Shown one piece after another: positions 51,401 to 63,947 of a stretch of DNA of 64,000 nucleotides. The translations under genes were made by a program, and so were the position numbers. The stretch is from Ascidiella aspersa (Eukaryota), in NCBI GenBank assembly GCA_963924565.1, contig OZ004609.1, positions 29,450,001 to 29,514,000 on the forward strand, in the 5' to 3' direction. Below the pieces are notes generated by a model that worked only from the letters and a program-made list of their open reading frames with translations, was not told the origin of the DNA and did no database searches. Positions within the stretch are counted from its first letter, which is position 1; each line of letters starts with the position of its first letter.

Positions 51401-54400
51401 TAAAGTCTTAAAGGTCACGTTGTATACAGTATTTTTTGCATTATACAGTTATTTCCACAATTTTATAAAACTTCATCTGACTATGTTCGTTGGTTATACA
51501 ATATTTTGTATGTTGATAAAATGTTATAAAGCGCTATGCTCCGGATATCAGGAAACTTTTCAACTTATACCTTATTATAAAGGAGAACAAAAAGTATCCT
51601 GTTTTTGTATTGTTTTCTAATGCAACATTAATAACATAACTAGTAATTAAATATTGGAAACTTCCAGGCTGAGGACACAGCTACAGCAGAAGACCAACCA
51701 TATCTTCACCTCCACTAACACCCCTCCCAGTATATCGTCAGTGTCTGGTACAAGGTTACGAATCACGCCACACATGGCTAATCAAACGCAAACGCCAGTG
51801 GCAACTAAGCATGTAAGCATGTCTGATAATGTTGTTTTATCCGTCAAATCACCTAAAGGGTGGTCCCTTTTTAATAGTGCGTTAAATACGACTGGCTGTC
51901 TCTTGGCAGCTTGCGTTTATCAGCAAGACAACACTCTGTGCCTGGCCTTTTCCTGTGGCCAGCTTCAATTTTTCATCTTGCCACAATATTATAGAGATGC
52001 TAGTGCTCCAGCTATATACATATAGTTGGTTTGCTTGGACATCTCTGACAACTTTTAAAAACACTAGGATGGGGTTTCTCCTCCAACGTTAATATTTAGC
52101 CGTCCCTGTAATCTGTATAAAGTAGAATCAACAGTGTTTTAGGTTTCTAACCAATATTTAACCATTTCTTTCCTCCAGGTAACCGTCACCCCTGCTTTGT
52201 TACAACAAGCGGCTGCCCTTCATCGAACACAAATGGACACTTCGGCTAATCAGAGAAACCTTGATGCGGTATTTGACTGACACCATAATAAATATTATAT
52301 TCTAAATCAGGGGTCAGCGGCCTAAGGCACTGATTATACAAGGTTTAAAATAACAATCAGTTTCTGCGTGTGTTTGGATTTACATGCATGTGAACCACCT
52401 ACATAATATAACATTAAACAAAAGATGCAACAATGCCTAAAACTTTATTACGGTTTTAATCAGCCATAATCCGCACATGCTTAAAACAACTGATTCACGA
52501 TTTAATGTTTGTTCGTGTTAGTAAACCAGCATTTTTTTTGTTTACTTCTATTTAGCTTCGTGAATATATTACAGTTTTTTTCTTATGATTATTAATAAAA
52601 AGTTGTTTTTTTATGAAAAGGTTTTTCAAAATTGTTTGAATTATTGGCAAAAAAAACAACTTTTCTCTGCATTTGTAGATGAAGAAGTTCGTGGTGAAGA
52701 CGAACTTCGGTAACGCAGCAAAGCCAAATGAACAACACCTTATACGTACTCAGCAAGGTGCGTCCTGGAAAACGCTCTTTAAAATTAACGTCATAAGCTA
52801 AAAACCACCAAAAAGTATTTAAGAATAACAAAAGACAAATACTAGTGTGCAAAAATATAATAACGAACATATTGCGGTAGGGAAACATCAGTGTTTATTA
52901 TTTTTTAGGTGCCATGCGCACGATAACTATCAAATCACCGAATACAGGCCAACAGCAATTCATTACATTAAAGGCACCCACACCAGGTATGGAGTAAAAT
53001 AAATAAATAAATTTTTATGTGTCTGTTGTATTTTTGCATTTGCTTTCTGTCCAATGAAACAAGTATTCAAACACAACGTGGATAGCATTGTTGAAACTTT
53101 TTAATATGCATAACAAGTCTGTGTCTCTGTCTTCTCAACTACCACTATTATGGGAAAAATTAAATCTGCGTTTTTTGTCACACGTTTGTTTTTTGCGTCT
53201 AATCATACTAATCTTACCTTTATTTTTATTTTTGATTAGTTTGAAAAGTCGGCGAGGTCGAACTGGAAAGTTACAGCTGCTTTCTAATAACTCGTAGAGA
53301 ATAAATCAGGGGTTCTTAAACTTTTTTTAAATACAGACTCCTACAAAAATTGGTTCGCGTGGACCAGGGTCGCCGTAAATAAAACAAGAAATACTTAAGA
53401 AAATTGCTGTTTTGAGTTCAGCAAATAGGAAACTCAAATGAAGTCTAACATCAAGTAGAAGGCGCCATGACGTTTTTTTTTCAATTCGACTATTTATTTT
53501 TAAATTATGCACTACTATTTTATTTAATCCTTTTGGACCCCTAAAATTGTCCACGTAACTCCAAGGTGCTACAGACCCCAGTTAAAGAACTAAAGTAATC
53601 CAGCGGAAAATGGCGTGTTTACAGGTCAAAACCAGTCGACCCCAATCTCTGGCGCTTCGGTTGGTAACACATTCATTCAGGTGGCTGGCGGACAAGCTCT
53701 CATCAAACCTAGCACCCAGTACATTGTACAGGGAAACAAGATGATACCTGGCAGACAAATCATCTTCAAACAGAGTAGGATAGTTATTTTTTTATTTTTT
53801 TCCACACTTCCAACTATTTCGGCTAACGCTAACTTTAAGTTACACCCTTTTTTGGCTCTATTATCCAATTTAAGAAACTATGCCATGTCATTATAAACAC
53901 TTACTGTTTTGGCAAAGTTAATTTTTAAAAAGAGAAGAAATCTCCTTGCCCTCGCATGTAAATGACGTTAAATAAAAATTTTTCTGTCTCAACAAAAGTC
54001 AGTCGTTTCTTTGTTCTTAAGAGAAATATATTTCGCCACAAAATAAGGCATCATCTGTCTTAACTGTTTTGTTTGTGTTACTTTATTTAAAACACAGTTA
54101 CATTTCGTAAAACCGATTTGATTTTACAATACTTGAACGTTGCAAAATTTTTATACATTTTATGACGAAACCACCTTGCTTGATCAATGATCAGGCTTTG
54201 ACGCAAAAAAATTTCAGGCATACATTTTATGAAAAAAAAATTATGTCACTCTATACGTATTTAAACATTTGCTCGGAATTAGTAGCTACTTTATGTTGGA
54301 TAAGGTAATTATGCTTTAGTTATTTTATGCATACAATCATATCTTCCCAGGTCTTTCGGGTAATTACGCTGCTGCCAACCAACAACCAAAGGCAGTGCTT

Positions 54401-57400
54401 GCACCTTCGCATCCCACAATCAGGTTAGTTGCAGGAAAATGTATAGAACTGAATAAAAGTTATAGCAGTTTAATTCTCTTGTTGTTCAACATACCGTGAC
54501 GTTTTTCGTGTTAACAGGTTGGGGAGCAAGCCGTCTCCTGTGATTGTTACGCCAGCTCCCACGCCCCCTAAAGTTACCCCAACTCCACAACCTCAGCCCC
54601 AGCAACAGGTAACCCTTAAATGATCATTTTTACCCTCTTTACCCTATAACTAAGGATTTTGTTTTGGGGGGGGGGGGATTAAAATATATAGGGAATGGTA
54701 GCTAACCTAGCTGTTTTCGTTGTGGCAGAAAAAATATAATATTATCTTAATATCCGGTATGTCTAAAAAGGGCAGTAGGAGCTAAATCTTTGCCACTGAA
54801 GTTTTTTATATCAATTTGCAAAAGGCCCTAATTTAATTGCCAGAAGTACGTTAAAAATGCCTAATTGTGTACAATTTACAATTTTAAATCATTGGTTATA
54901 GTAGCGTTTTCTGGTATAGCGAAAATGTGATTGCATCGTTGGCCGCACGCGGGCCGCATTAAAAGGTTGTGCAGGCCTGCTTTACAGTTACAAAAATACA
55001 GACACTTGTATGTTCTGACAAATTCACATCGAGAATTTTCTCTGTACGCAGAGCACCCCGGTTGCGGCTGGCAAGTCGTCGACTAGGATGCAGGTGACAC
55101 TTTCCAGCGCCCAACTCAGCCAGCTTATGAAGGTTGGAACCGACACCAGGGTTCGAGTCTCCATCAAGCTCAGCGACGGAAGGCCAGGTGAGATTAAATG
55201 CACTGAAGGAACTACCATGTTGAAAGGAGTAAAGAGATATTCGAAACGTTTAAAATGCTTTCTACTTCTATATGACCTATTCTTTCCACTTGGGAATAGT
55301 TTTTTTTATAAAACTCGAGGAGTTGTTTTCTGTTAGTGCATTGTACAACTAAACGGTGATGTTACACATATAAAAATTATCTCACTTTACGACTTTTGAT
55401 TCATTTGATCAATCTACTGCCAGACGTAGCTTTTTTTATTGACATCCTCGTTTTACAAGTAAAGCAAAAAACGAACTTTATTGTTTATCGTGATTGTGAT
55501 TAATAACAATAAAGCTTTTTAAATCCATATCTGTTTTAGACAACGTATTCACGAGTAAGGTAGAAGTTTTGTACAACGCCTAACGTTAAAAGCATCGTTT
55601 CGAGTTGTAACGCTTCCAATGTCAATCACCTAGGTATCGGGCAACTTCAGGTGATTCCCCCCGGGAGCCAGGTGAACCCAACTCAAGGTCAGCAGTTGAT
55701 GCAGTGCAAGGTCGGCAACGAAGTTCGAAAGTTCCTACTCACGGCCCTATCGGAAAAAGGTCGGTTTCAAGTCGAACCCTTTGTCTGCCGTTATTGTGAA
55801 GAACTGGGAGCCTTTGCCATTGGATAAAGGGCGATTTGCCGGGCTTGCCACTCTTTTATTAGAATTAGATAGGGGTTGTTTCGCCTGCGCAAGTTATTTT
55901 TTTAGTCCAGCGAGTTAAACTGCCTCCTTCTTAAAATGCGCATGGGCGTTTTAAACTTCTCCGACTGTCGTTCAAAAGTATACCCTGTGCTACAAATAGG
56001 TTACTTTATAACTTAGACTATTTTACCAAATTAGGTAACGTTTTTTATCTTATAAATTTAAACACAGCGCTTAAGCCTACCTCCTTTTCTCCAACAGTCC
56101 CATCAACCCCCTCCACTCCTTCGGCAACCACCCCCACTACCCCGGCGCCGCTCCTGCCCCCCATCTCGGCCCTGCTTTCGCCCCCCGGCGTCACAGCGGC
56201 CAACGAGGTCAGCGTTGAGGCCCCGACCCTCAAGCACCGGCTCCTGCAGCTCCAGCAACGGCACCAAGGCCTGATGCGTCAGCCCGGAACCGACGTTAGG
56301 CAGCTGTTGACCGACAAGGACCCTCTGTGGGGCGGAAGGTAGGGGTGTTCTACAACTACGTTTTTTATGTTTTGGTGGGTTAGTTCAGGGGTGGCCAATG
56401 AGTTAAGGACCAATAGCCGCATGTTATACTTTGTTAACCGCGAAGAGCCACACTTTACACATTGGCATCAATTTTCGTAATCGCATTGCTTAAGTTTGAA
56501 ACCACCTTCTTAGGCCGTCGGGCGCCAGCGAGAAGGCTCATGTTCCCGAGCGAACGTCGAAGAAAGAAATGTCGGAAAAACCAAGAAGAAAGCACATTCT
56601 CTCGAGAGAGACGAGGGAGGAACAGCAAAGGTTTGTTCAAGTTGTTTGGTTAAAGCAAATTTGTGTTCGCAATCCGATAATTTTCGGTCAGGCAAGATAA
56701 CACTCTGTGCCGGGCCTGCTTAGTGGCCTGTTTCAATTTTTCGTCTTGCTACATTAGACCAAGTCGCTTACATTTCCTGTGTTTTGCATGTTTAGCCAGG
56801 GTGTAAGTTGACTTGTACAACACTCTAAAAAGCATTAATGCATGGTGGCCACGAGGTCTTTGATTGTCTTTAAACTGATTTACGTATTGAAAAGCCTTTA
56901 AAAAACCCTGTGTTTTTTTAACACTTTCTTATTGTGTTGCCTATGATATTTATAATGTTCAGGGTTGTTCCTAAGCAAAAATTTACACTCGCCAGTTTGG
57001 CGAGCGGCTATCAATCAGCACTCGCCAGGACGAAATAACACTCGCCAAATTGATTGGCACGCCGTCTGCAAATTTCCGTCCTAGCGCGGTCATTTCTTGG
57101 GTTATCGTTAACCTGTCTTTTCTATACGTAAACATCAGAGATTGGAAACTTTAGATTTTGCGCGGGAGAGACAATTTTGCAGCTTGGCTGTAATAATTGT
57201 AATAACGTCTTTGGTTGTTTGCCGGTAAACGACTTTTTTAAACGGGCCAAAGAGTCTTTATTACGAGCTTCGAGCGTGACTTCGACCAACCTTATTATTT
57301 GTGTAGTGTTGAAGGTATTTGCGTCTTAGTGTATAAGGAAATAACTGGCGCTAAGTAATATTTCGCTTAGTAGTGGTGCTTAACACAAGTTGTCCTACAC

Positions 57401-60400
57401 CAACTAATTAAATTTCTCGCCGGAGCCAGTCGCCAGTCTGGCGAGTGGGTGTCAATCAGCACTCGCCAGGAGCGATTTGCACTCGCATTGGCGAGCCCAA
57501 CCCTGATGTTTTTTTGTTTTTTTCGATTTATATTAAAAAAATCATTGTGATTTTGTCTTTGGAAAGCGATAATTTTTTTTGAAAAGTCCTTAAATGTCTT
57601 TGAATTGTTAAATAAAAATGTGTGGCAATCCTATAATATCTAAAATTAAAAAACAAGTTGTTTAACTTAGACAAGCAAGTCTAAACATATCAAATATTCT
57701 CGAGTCATATGGTTATAAACACATAGTTACAAATTTAAAAAAGAAAAACAACTGTCATTAGCGCGTAAACGGAGAACACAATTTAGTACAGGCGTTATGA
57801 CAATCCTTGTTGTCAATTGTCATTGTTGTTTTCTTAATTTTTTTCAAACCCCAGTGAGTATTAAAAAGTATACGGTAATGTGGTAAAAAAGCAGTAGTTC
57901 TTCCTCCTTAACTAGTCTTTGTAAATGGCCGTGGTTGACTAATTCTAAATAGGGCAATCATGTGGCGCTATATAAAGACAAATCGCACAACCGCATATTA
58001 GCATTGTCAGCCACTGCAACTGAAACAAACAAGCATCAGTAGAAAGGCTAGAGCTCCTTACTGCTTGAAGCACATACACAACATGAAGAGCAAACCAAGA
58101 ATAAAATCACACGAGCCCAACCCAACACATGAAATAAACCACAGAGAGATCAGACAACATAGAAAACTTAACAAAATTAGATAACTTAACAATACTGATT
58201 TAAACCTAACGAAACTAATGTTTATCTTCCAAGGACAGTTGGCGTCCATATCAGTTTCGAAATTTGGTAATGCGTATGCGTACGTCGGACTCAGGACTCG
58301 GGTAGTTTTACGCGGTCTTACACGAGTCCCGAGTCCAACTCCGACTCCGCAGCCCTGGTATATGAAAGAATTCGTTTTTCCTCGACTTGTACACCGATAC
58401 CAAGTGCGTCATTTTTTTATCTAAACCTAACGACTGAGATGTTTGTCTTCCCAGGAAAGCGGTCGTCCAGCAGGTGATGAAGTCGCTCTTGGATCGGATC
58501 GAGCGCAAGGAGGAGCTGGATGCTCGCAGGAGGAGAAAAGAGGCGCACATCGAGCAGCAGAAGAGGAAGAGGGAGAGCCTCGACGAGGTAAAGATCAAAT
58601 AAACGAAACAGAACTGTGTTTAAGTGACTTTGAGATTGCATCCGTTGGAAGCAATTATTTCTGTTTTACTGGTTAGTGAGAACTGTGCCTTCTTACTATG
58701 TTGAAAACGAATAGAGAACGTTCAAAATGGTACCTACTTCTCTGTGGGCTGATATTTTTATTACGTCGTACTACAACCTCCAACCATTATGCTCAACAAC
58801 GTTCAAAATACAAAGCGATGAACGTTGTTTTATCGCTGTGTAGTTTGAACGTGTCTCGCACATTTTTTATCTCTTTTTTCTTAGTGTCATTTTATTTTGC
58901 GCCCTGTTGGCTGTGTGTGTCAAAAAGGCTTGCCGTGTAGGAAGCCGAAACGTTAGTTGAAGAAATATATGCCAGACGAACCTATTTCAAATATACTATG
59001 CCTGGTAGCAACAGCATATTTATTTATTTACACACATTGCTGATAAAAATAAGGGTCTAGTAGAAATCAATGCTTTGTTTGCCTTACTAACATATCGCAA
59101 AACGTTTGTGTGTCCATTCCCACTTTGGCATCGCCTTGAAGCAATCACAAACATAATGTCATATTGTGCGACACGCCATCATCTATTGTGTAAATAGGTG
59201 CATTATGCAGTGGCGCGTTAGTTAAACGTAAATCAATTAATCAATGTCTACCCTTGCTTCTCTAAACGAGTGCACCGCGACCCTTTTTCACTTGCGGCAC
59301 ACTTAACAGAGAAAAAACAATTCGGCGGAAAATCTACAAAATATATATCAATCGATAGAAGACAACATAAACAAATATTCAGGGCAACTGAGAGAAAAAG
59401 GACCCTTTCAGTCCAAAAATTTGACGTAATATCTTACGGCCTTTCTAAATCATCTATGCTTTTTAAGCAGCAACCAGGTTTTAACTTCTGCAATGCGAAC
59501 CAAGAAGAAAATATAGGACAAAAACTGCAAATTATAGAATGACAATTCATGGTTTTTAAGGGTATGGTTATTCTCCCCTTCAGCTTTGGTATAAAATTCG
59601 AATATCTTTGTCTTATATTGTATAGCGTAGACGCGCGAATCACTTGGTACTTTATTTTCTTAATCCGGCAATTGAACGTAAATCTACTGATTGTAGAAAT
59701 GTTGCCTTCCTATAATGTTACCCTAATTCTAGTGATTCTTTATATGTACCCTTATAAAAAACGCAAGTAAAACACCTACGGAAACGCCGCGGCGCATCTG
59801 GCATCTTCTCGCGTCACACCAGTTAAGGAGCACTGTTGTAAACCTCCCTAACTTTACCAGGTGAAGTCGCAGCAGCGTTTCCACCACCGACTGTTGAACG
59901 CGCTGCGCAAACACGAGGACCAAGTCAAGCAGGAAATCCGTAAGCGACGCAGCATCACCGAGAAGTACATGACCAGGGTCGTCGAGGTGCGTACTTTAAT
60001 GTTTTTGTAATATTTAAAACAGTTTCCTCTGGCAATATATATATATGCCTGGTAGAAACAGCATATTTAATGTTTTTGTTGTTGTTTGGTAATATATTTC
60101 GGACGAGCATAGATCGTTTGCTTCCTTGATTGGCTGCAGTGGTCGTATGCTAAGTTGTAAAAAACTAGAAAAAGTGGATTTTTGTGTTGAGCTCACATGT
60201 GTTGGTATGTCTTCGTTACTGTGCGTTTTTAGGGCTAATTTTCGTACAAATAAACAAATTCAGTATCTAACTATCTTTTACACGTTAAGGCAATCTAGAA
60301 AATGTGAAACGATTCCTAATTAGAAATTATTGCGGCAACCAAATGCTAAAAGCCAAGGCAAAACTGCTATATATTTTGAAAATTACTATTTTATTTTAAA

Positions 60401-63400
60401 AGCCATTTTCAAATGTGAATAACCAGAAATTGAAAAAAAAATGTAGCACTGGTTTCCAAGGTGAAACTCAAATCAAAGAAACAGCGCGCTATAGGTCTAA
60501 CAAAGCACACCTTACTTACCCAATACACTTGGCGTGGTTTAGAACGAGTTGTACGAAGACCAGCTCAAGCTCGGCAGGAAGCGCCCGATCGCCTCCAGCA
60601 CGCCCCTAGCGGCCACTCCGGTGCGGCACGCCACCAAGCGGCCGCGCAAGTCAGGCAACCTTTCGGCGAGCGAGTTCCCGCCGAGCAGCTACGGCAACGT
60701 ACTGGCCGAAAGCAACCGTCGCAAGTCGAATTCGCCCAAGAAGGGCCAGCAACGCCTTCTTCAGGAGCAGATAGATCCCGTGGCCGCAATCAAGCGTGAA
60801 GCCGCCGCGTCGATCGAGGATGACGTCACGGCCGGTGCGCCAGCCAAGAAGAAGAAGATGATCAACACGTCGAGCAAGCTCTACTGCGTCTGCAAGACTC
60901 CCTACGATGAGACCAGGTAAGCGTAAAGCCGACTTCCGTAACCAAGTATGCCGCCACTCAGTTGTCAAGCCTTATTTTTATACCGCTTTTGATTTCTGTT
61001 TTTTTTTTCGTCTCTATAAAAATGTGTTTTTTAGATTTACTGAAACGTTTCACAAACAGTAAAGGATGAGAAACGTGTATTTCGCAGAAATAAAATCTGC
61101 CCGTTGCTCATAAAACCTATTTGCCTATAGTTAGTCGTGTGTTTGAATTAAAAGCTTTGGAATACCACTGTAATCGGGAGTGATATTTTTCTCGAGCTTG
61201 CTTTGCTTGCGTAATTTATCTACCATTAGGTCTAACGGATTTCGCCCTTTAACCTCCAGGTTCTACATTGGCTGCGACCTGTGCATGAACTGGTTCCACG
61301 GCTCGTGCGTCGGCATCTCGGAGAAGAAGGCCAAGGCGATGGAGACCTGGGTGTGCCGGGACTGCGCCAAGGAACAGTCGGCACCGCAGCAGGAGCTCTA
61401 CTGCTTCTGCAGGACGCCCTACGACGACGCCCAGTAAGTTATGGCCCCGTTAGTTTTTTTTGTTACAAACGTTTTTTTAGTATTTTCCTAGTTTGAAATG
61501 TGGTAGGTTTTTCTGTCGCACCCTTCGCCAGTCAACACCATTTTACATACAGATACAAAATTTTATAAATTTGCCCTTTATAAGATTGGCGCAAAACCAG
61601 CGAAAACAAGTTGTCGACTTTTAATAGTTTACTATAGTCCTGGTATCCTCGTACACAGCTAGCATGATAAATATTTTTCTTATTCTGCGTTAAATAGACT
61701 AACTGCAAGATAACACTCTGTGCCAGGTCTTTCTCGTGACCTGCTTCAATTTTTCGTCTTGCAAAATTGAATTTTTCGATCGTTCTTTGTATCTCCAACT
61801 TGTTGTTAGTTGTGAATGTGGATACATAGTTCGGTCGACACAACTGAACGTCAACGGCAAAAAAATCCTTGCTAGGAACAACTCGAATGTTCTATGTAGT
61901 AAATGCGAGTTAGAAATTTGCTTGAAATGTGCCCTAAACTCGAAAGACACCGACTTAACTGTAAAAAAAAACAAGAATCTTTATTTACAACCTTTATTTT
62001 TTTTTTATCTTTATTTTGACGTGAGTTTTGCTTAATCGTCACTCCCCGTAAAACAAACTATCAAGCTTTCGACTTTTAAAAGGTAAATTTACTTATGAAA
62101 TTGAAAAATTAACAAACAAGCTAAATAATCTTGCCTACCTTAAACCAATTTGTTGCCATATAACCTGAATAACATGACCTTGACGTATTCCGTTTGCCCT
62201 GCTTTTTTCCAATGTTAATGGCATTAATTGGTATAAAAAGGCTGTTCTCACTCTGATGTAATATATCGGTCATCGGAGTAAACTACGTAGTAAGAATAAC
62301 AAAACCCATACAGAAGTAGGTAACATAATAAGCAAATAAGCATATGCTACCTACTTCTGTATGGGTTTTGATATTCTTACTTACTACAACCTCCAACAAT
62401 TCTACTCCGGAGTAAAACACAATTTACCGGGCATCTCTTTGACCCGGCGCACCCCAAGTAAACAAACCACCACACCTCAGCTGTGCTTAGCTAAAGTGTA
62501 AAAACAACATATTAAACATCAACGAGCTATAAACACTAAAGAAAACACCTCTCCTGTACTTAGGTTCTACATCGGGTGCGACGCATGTCAGGACTGGTAC
62601 CACGGCTCGTGTGTTGGTATTAGCGAGGAAGAGGCGTCGGGAATCGAGAGCTACACTTGCCCGAGGTGCAAGGAGAACTCGCGCGACGCCTCACAAGAGG
62701 GCGCACTGAGCGAGCGCGACAACTTCAACCTGACCAAGATCGTTCGCCACCTCTACGTGAGTCATGTTTAGGGGATATCAAAGTATGTGAAAAATTGAAA
62801 TTCAGGCTGCATTTCGTGTAATTTGTTAAATCAAACAGGATGCTAATCCTCGTTTAGTCCTAACACATTTGCAATTGACTTATAATGCAATATAAAATGT
62901 TTAATGTCATACAAAATGCGGCCATTGTTGTCACGAACAGACATTAATTTCATGCTTGTGTAGTTTTTTTAATTAAAACGATTCTTATCCTTATTGGCCC
63001 GAGCTGACTTCATGTCCAACGCCTCCCTTGTTTAACTCAAGAAGATTTATAAATGGATGAATCGTCCGTATATGCTCTGCTTTTTGCTTAGTGTTGCAGC
63101 TGTATAATGGTGTTATTTAAAACCATTGGCTCTTATAAAATGGATTGAAAGTTTGTTGAATAAAAAGCTGCTCCGAACAAATTATTCTACAGACCATAGA
63201 TGTACTATAAACTTTCTTATCATCCAGGCAACTCGTTATCAACCGATTTTCATTGTTTTTTTATCCTAATTACCAATGATAAGTAAAGTGTGACTTGGGC
63301 AACACGCAGTCCTTCTTCGACTGAACACTTTGTCGTTTATTGTTTCAGGGCCACAAGATGGCGTGGCCGTTCCTAGAGCCAGTTCGCGAGGAAGACGCAC

Positions 63401-63433
63401 CTAACTACTACAGGGTGGTCAAGCGCCCGATGG
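36457..63433 (+). CDS. BPTF: Nucleosome-remodelling factor subunit BPTF/NURF301; 3' end continues beyond the window
   Basis: About 40 exons, e.g. 36457-36587; 37238-37475 (AT hooks KRGRPKK, KGRPR); 38565-39451 (DDT: [20 protein letters not shown]); 39679-40717 (PHD: [36 protein letters not shown]); 44477-44651; 45187-45410; 45950-47217 ([18 protein letters not shown]); 49205-49361 ([17 protein letters not shown]); 56514-56630; 58455-58587; 59861-59986; 60543-60916; 61260-61433; 62564-62756 (two PHDs); 63349-63433 (bromodomain [16 protein letters not shown]). Some internal low-complexity exon boundaries are approximate. Confidence 0.95.
42822..43135. mobile_element. hAT-type MITE, family 1 copy
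   Basis: CAGGGGTTCTTAAACT..TTACCGCGGACCCCTAAATTTTT and GGGGTCCATTGACCCCAGT..CCCTG match 8280-8625. Confidence 0.75.
45029..45106 (+). ncRNA. SNORD7: Box C/D snoRNA guiding U6 snRNA A47 2'-O-methylation (mgU6-47 type)
   Basis: C box ATGATGA 45035-45041; D box CTGA 45097-45100; short terminal stem. The 11 nt before the D box (TAATCTTCTCT) are complementary to U6 AGAGAAGAUUA, and the D+5 rule gives A47 in human numbering. Lies ~85 nt upstream of the 3' splice site at 45186. Confidence 0.85.
45751..45927. repeat. Diverged two-copy intronic duplication
   Basis: TATGTTCA..ATTTTTTGT..GACTTGAGGTAAT(T/C)ATCA..TGGTTTTGCA occurs twice, ~110 bp apart. Confidence 0.65.
46142..46612 (+). repeat. Coding 21-bp minisatellite in BPTF, 22 units of a 7-aa repeat (12 x DPPSVAA core)
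   Basis: Unit GACCCGCCATCAGTGGCAGCT x12 (46310-46561), flanked by 8 upstream and 2 downstream diverged ETPSVAA-type units, all in frame. Confidence 0.97.
51923..52053 (+). ncRNA. SNORA28: Box H/ACA snoRNA, SNORA28-like copy 1
   Basis: 5' hairpin GCAAGA/TCTTGC with pocket AACACTC + ATTTTT and upper stem CTGGCC/GGCCAG; H box ACAATA 51983-51988; 3' hairpin AGAGATG/CATCTCT and CCAGCTATA/TATAGTTGG; ACA at 52048-52050. Confidence 0.85.
53307..53594. mobile_element. hAT-type MITE, family 1 copy (degenerate right end)
   Basis: CAGGGGTTCTTAAACT start; GGACCCCTAAAA..GACCCCAGTTAAAGAAC end. Confidence 0.65.
56692..56822 (+). ncRNA. SNORA28: Box H/ACA snoRNA, SNORA28-like copy 2
   Basis: Same 5' hairpin (upper stem CGGGCC/GGCCTG); H box ACATTA 56751-56756; 3' hairpin CAAGTC/GACTTG, CTTACA/TGTAAG, CCTG/CAGG; ACA at 56817-56819; 131 nt, like copy 1. 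Confidence 0.85.
56960..57505. mobile_element. MITE with CAGGGTTG/CAACCCTG termini and CACTCGCCA/TGGCGAG subterminal repeats
   Basis: 8-bp TIR flanked by ATGTT on both sides; a ~45-bp block CGCCAGT.TGGCGAG.GG.T.TCAATCAGCACTCGCCAGGA is present near both ends. Confidence 0.75.
58727..59025. repeat. Interspersed repeat family (CCTACTTCT..GATATT..TACTACAACCTCCAACC..ATGCCTGGTAGCAACAGCAT); pieces also at ~1000-1090, ~1447-1530, ~60025-60070, ~62275-62410
   Basis: Shared motifs CAGAAGTAGGTA, TACTACAACCTCCAAC and ATGCCTGGTAG(C/A)AACAG at the listed loci. Confidence 0.6.
61705..61845 (+). ncRNA. SNORA28: Box H/ACA snoRNA, SNORA28-like copy 3 (variant H box)
   Basis: Same 5' hairpin with upper stem CAGGTC/GACCTG; H-box position reads AAATTG (one mismatch to ANANNA); 3' hairpin TCGATCG/CGGTCGA and TGTATC/GATACA; ACA at ~61840. 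Confidence 0.75.
62287..62387. repeat. ~42-bp near-perfect inverted repeat (hairpin)
   Basis: GTAAGAATAACAAAACCCATACAGAAGTAGGTAACATA pairs with TATGCTACCTACTTCTGTATGGGTTTTGATATTCTTAC across a ~15-nt loop. Confidence 0.9.
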
Positions 63434-63947
63434 GTAAGTCTTTCTGCTGCGTAAACCGTGTCTTCTGAGTTATTATGGCTAAGTTACTGTCAACACCTAA
63501 TCAAAAAATAATGTGTAAGAGTAAGTGAAACGTTTTTAAGGGCGTAATAACTGCGTTCTATCGAACTATTTTTCTATGTATGGCCAGCTAAACTAATATG
63601 CGCAGAGAGTGTATAATTTAACTTAATCGGTTGTGTTATGATTTCACAAAATCATAGTAACTTAGCTTTAAAATTATGCAAAACTCGTAAAACTAAAATC
63701 GATGAAATTGTGTATAGATTACAACAATCGAAATTCTCACAATTGTTAAATTTCGCCTTGAGTTTCGGTAATGGCTTCCGCTATAACTCTTTGTTAACCT
63801 GTCAGAGTCGTAGACCACTTCTGTATCACCTTACCAAATCATATGCCATTCTTATTTGCGTAAGGCCCCTTTGCGTTAGTTTTCCTTGTGGGTGTCGAGC
63901 TAAACCTAGTTTCTTCGGGTCGTCACGGCCATAGATATATCACATAC

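Noticed and set aside
52685-52710. Perfect small hairpin GAAGTTCGT/ACGAACTTC
   Set aside because: Lies inside a probable BPTF exon (~52679-52757); likely chance.
58925-58958. Possible Penelope-type minimal hammerhead (GGCTT..AAGCC-GAAAC)
   Set aside because: The required CUGANGA core is absent upstream of the stem.
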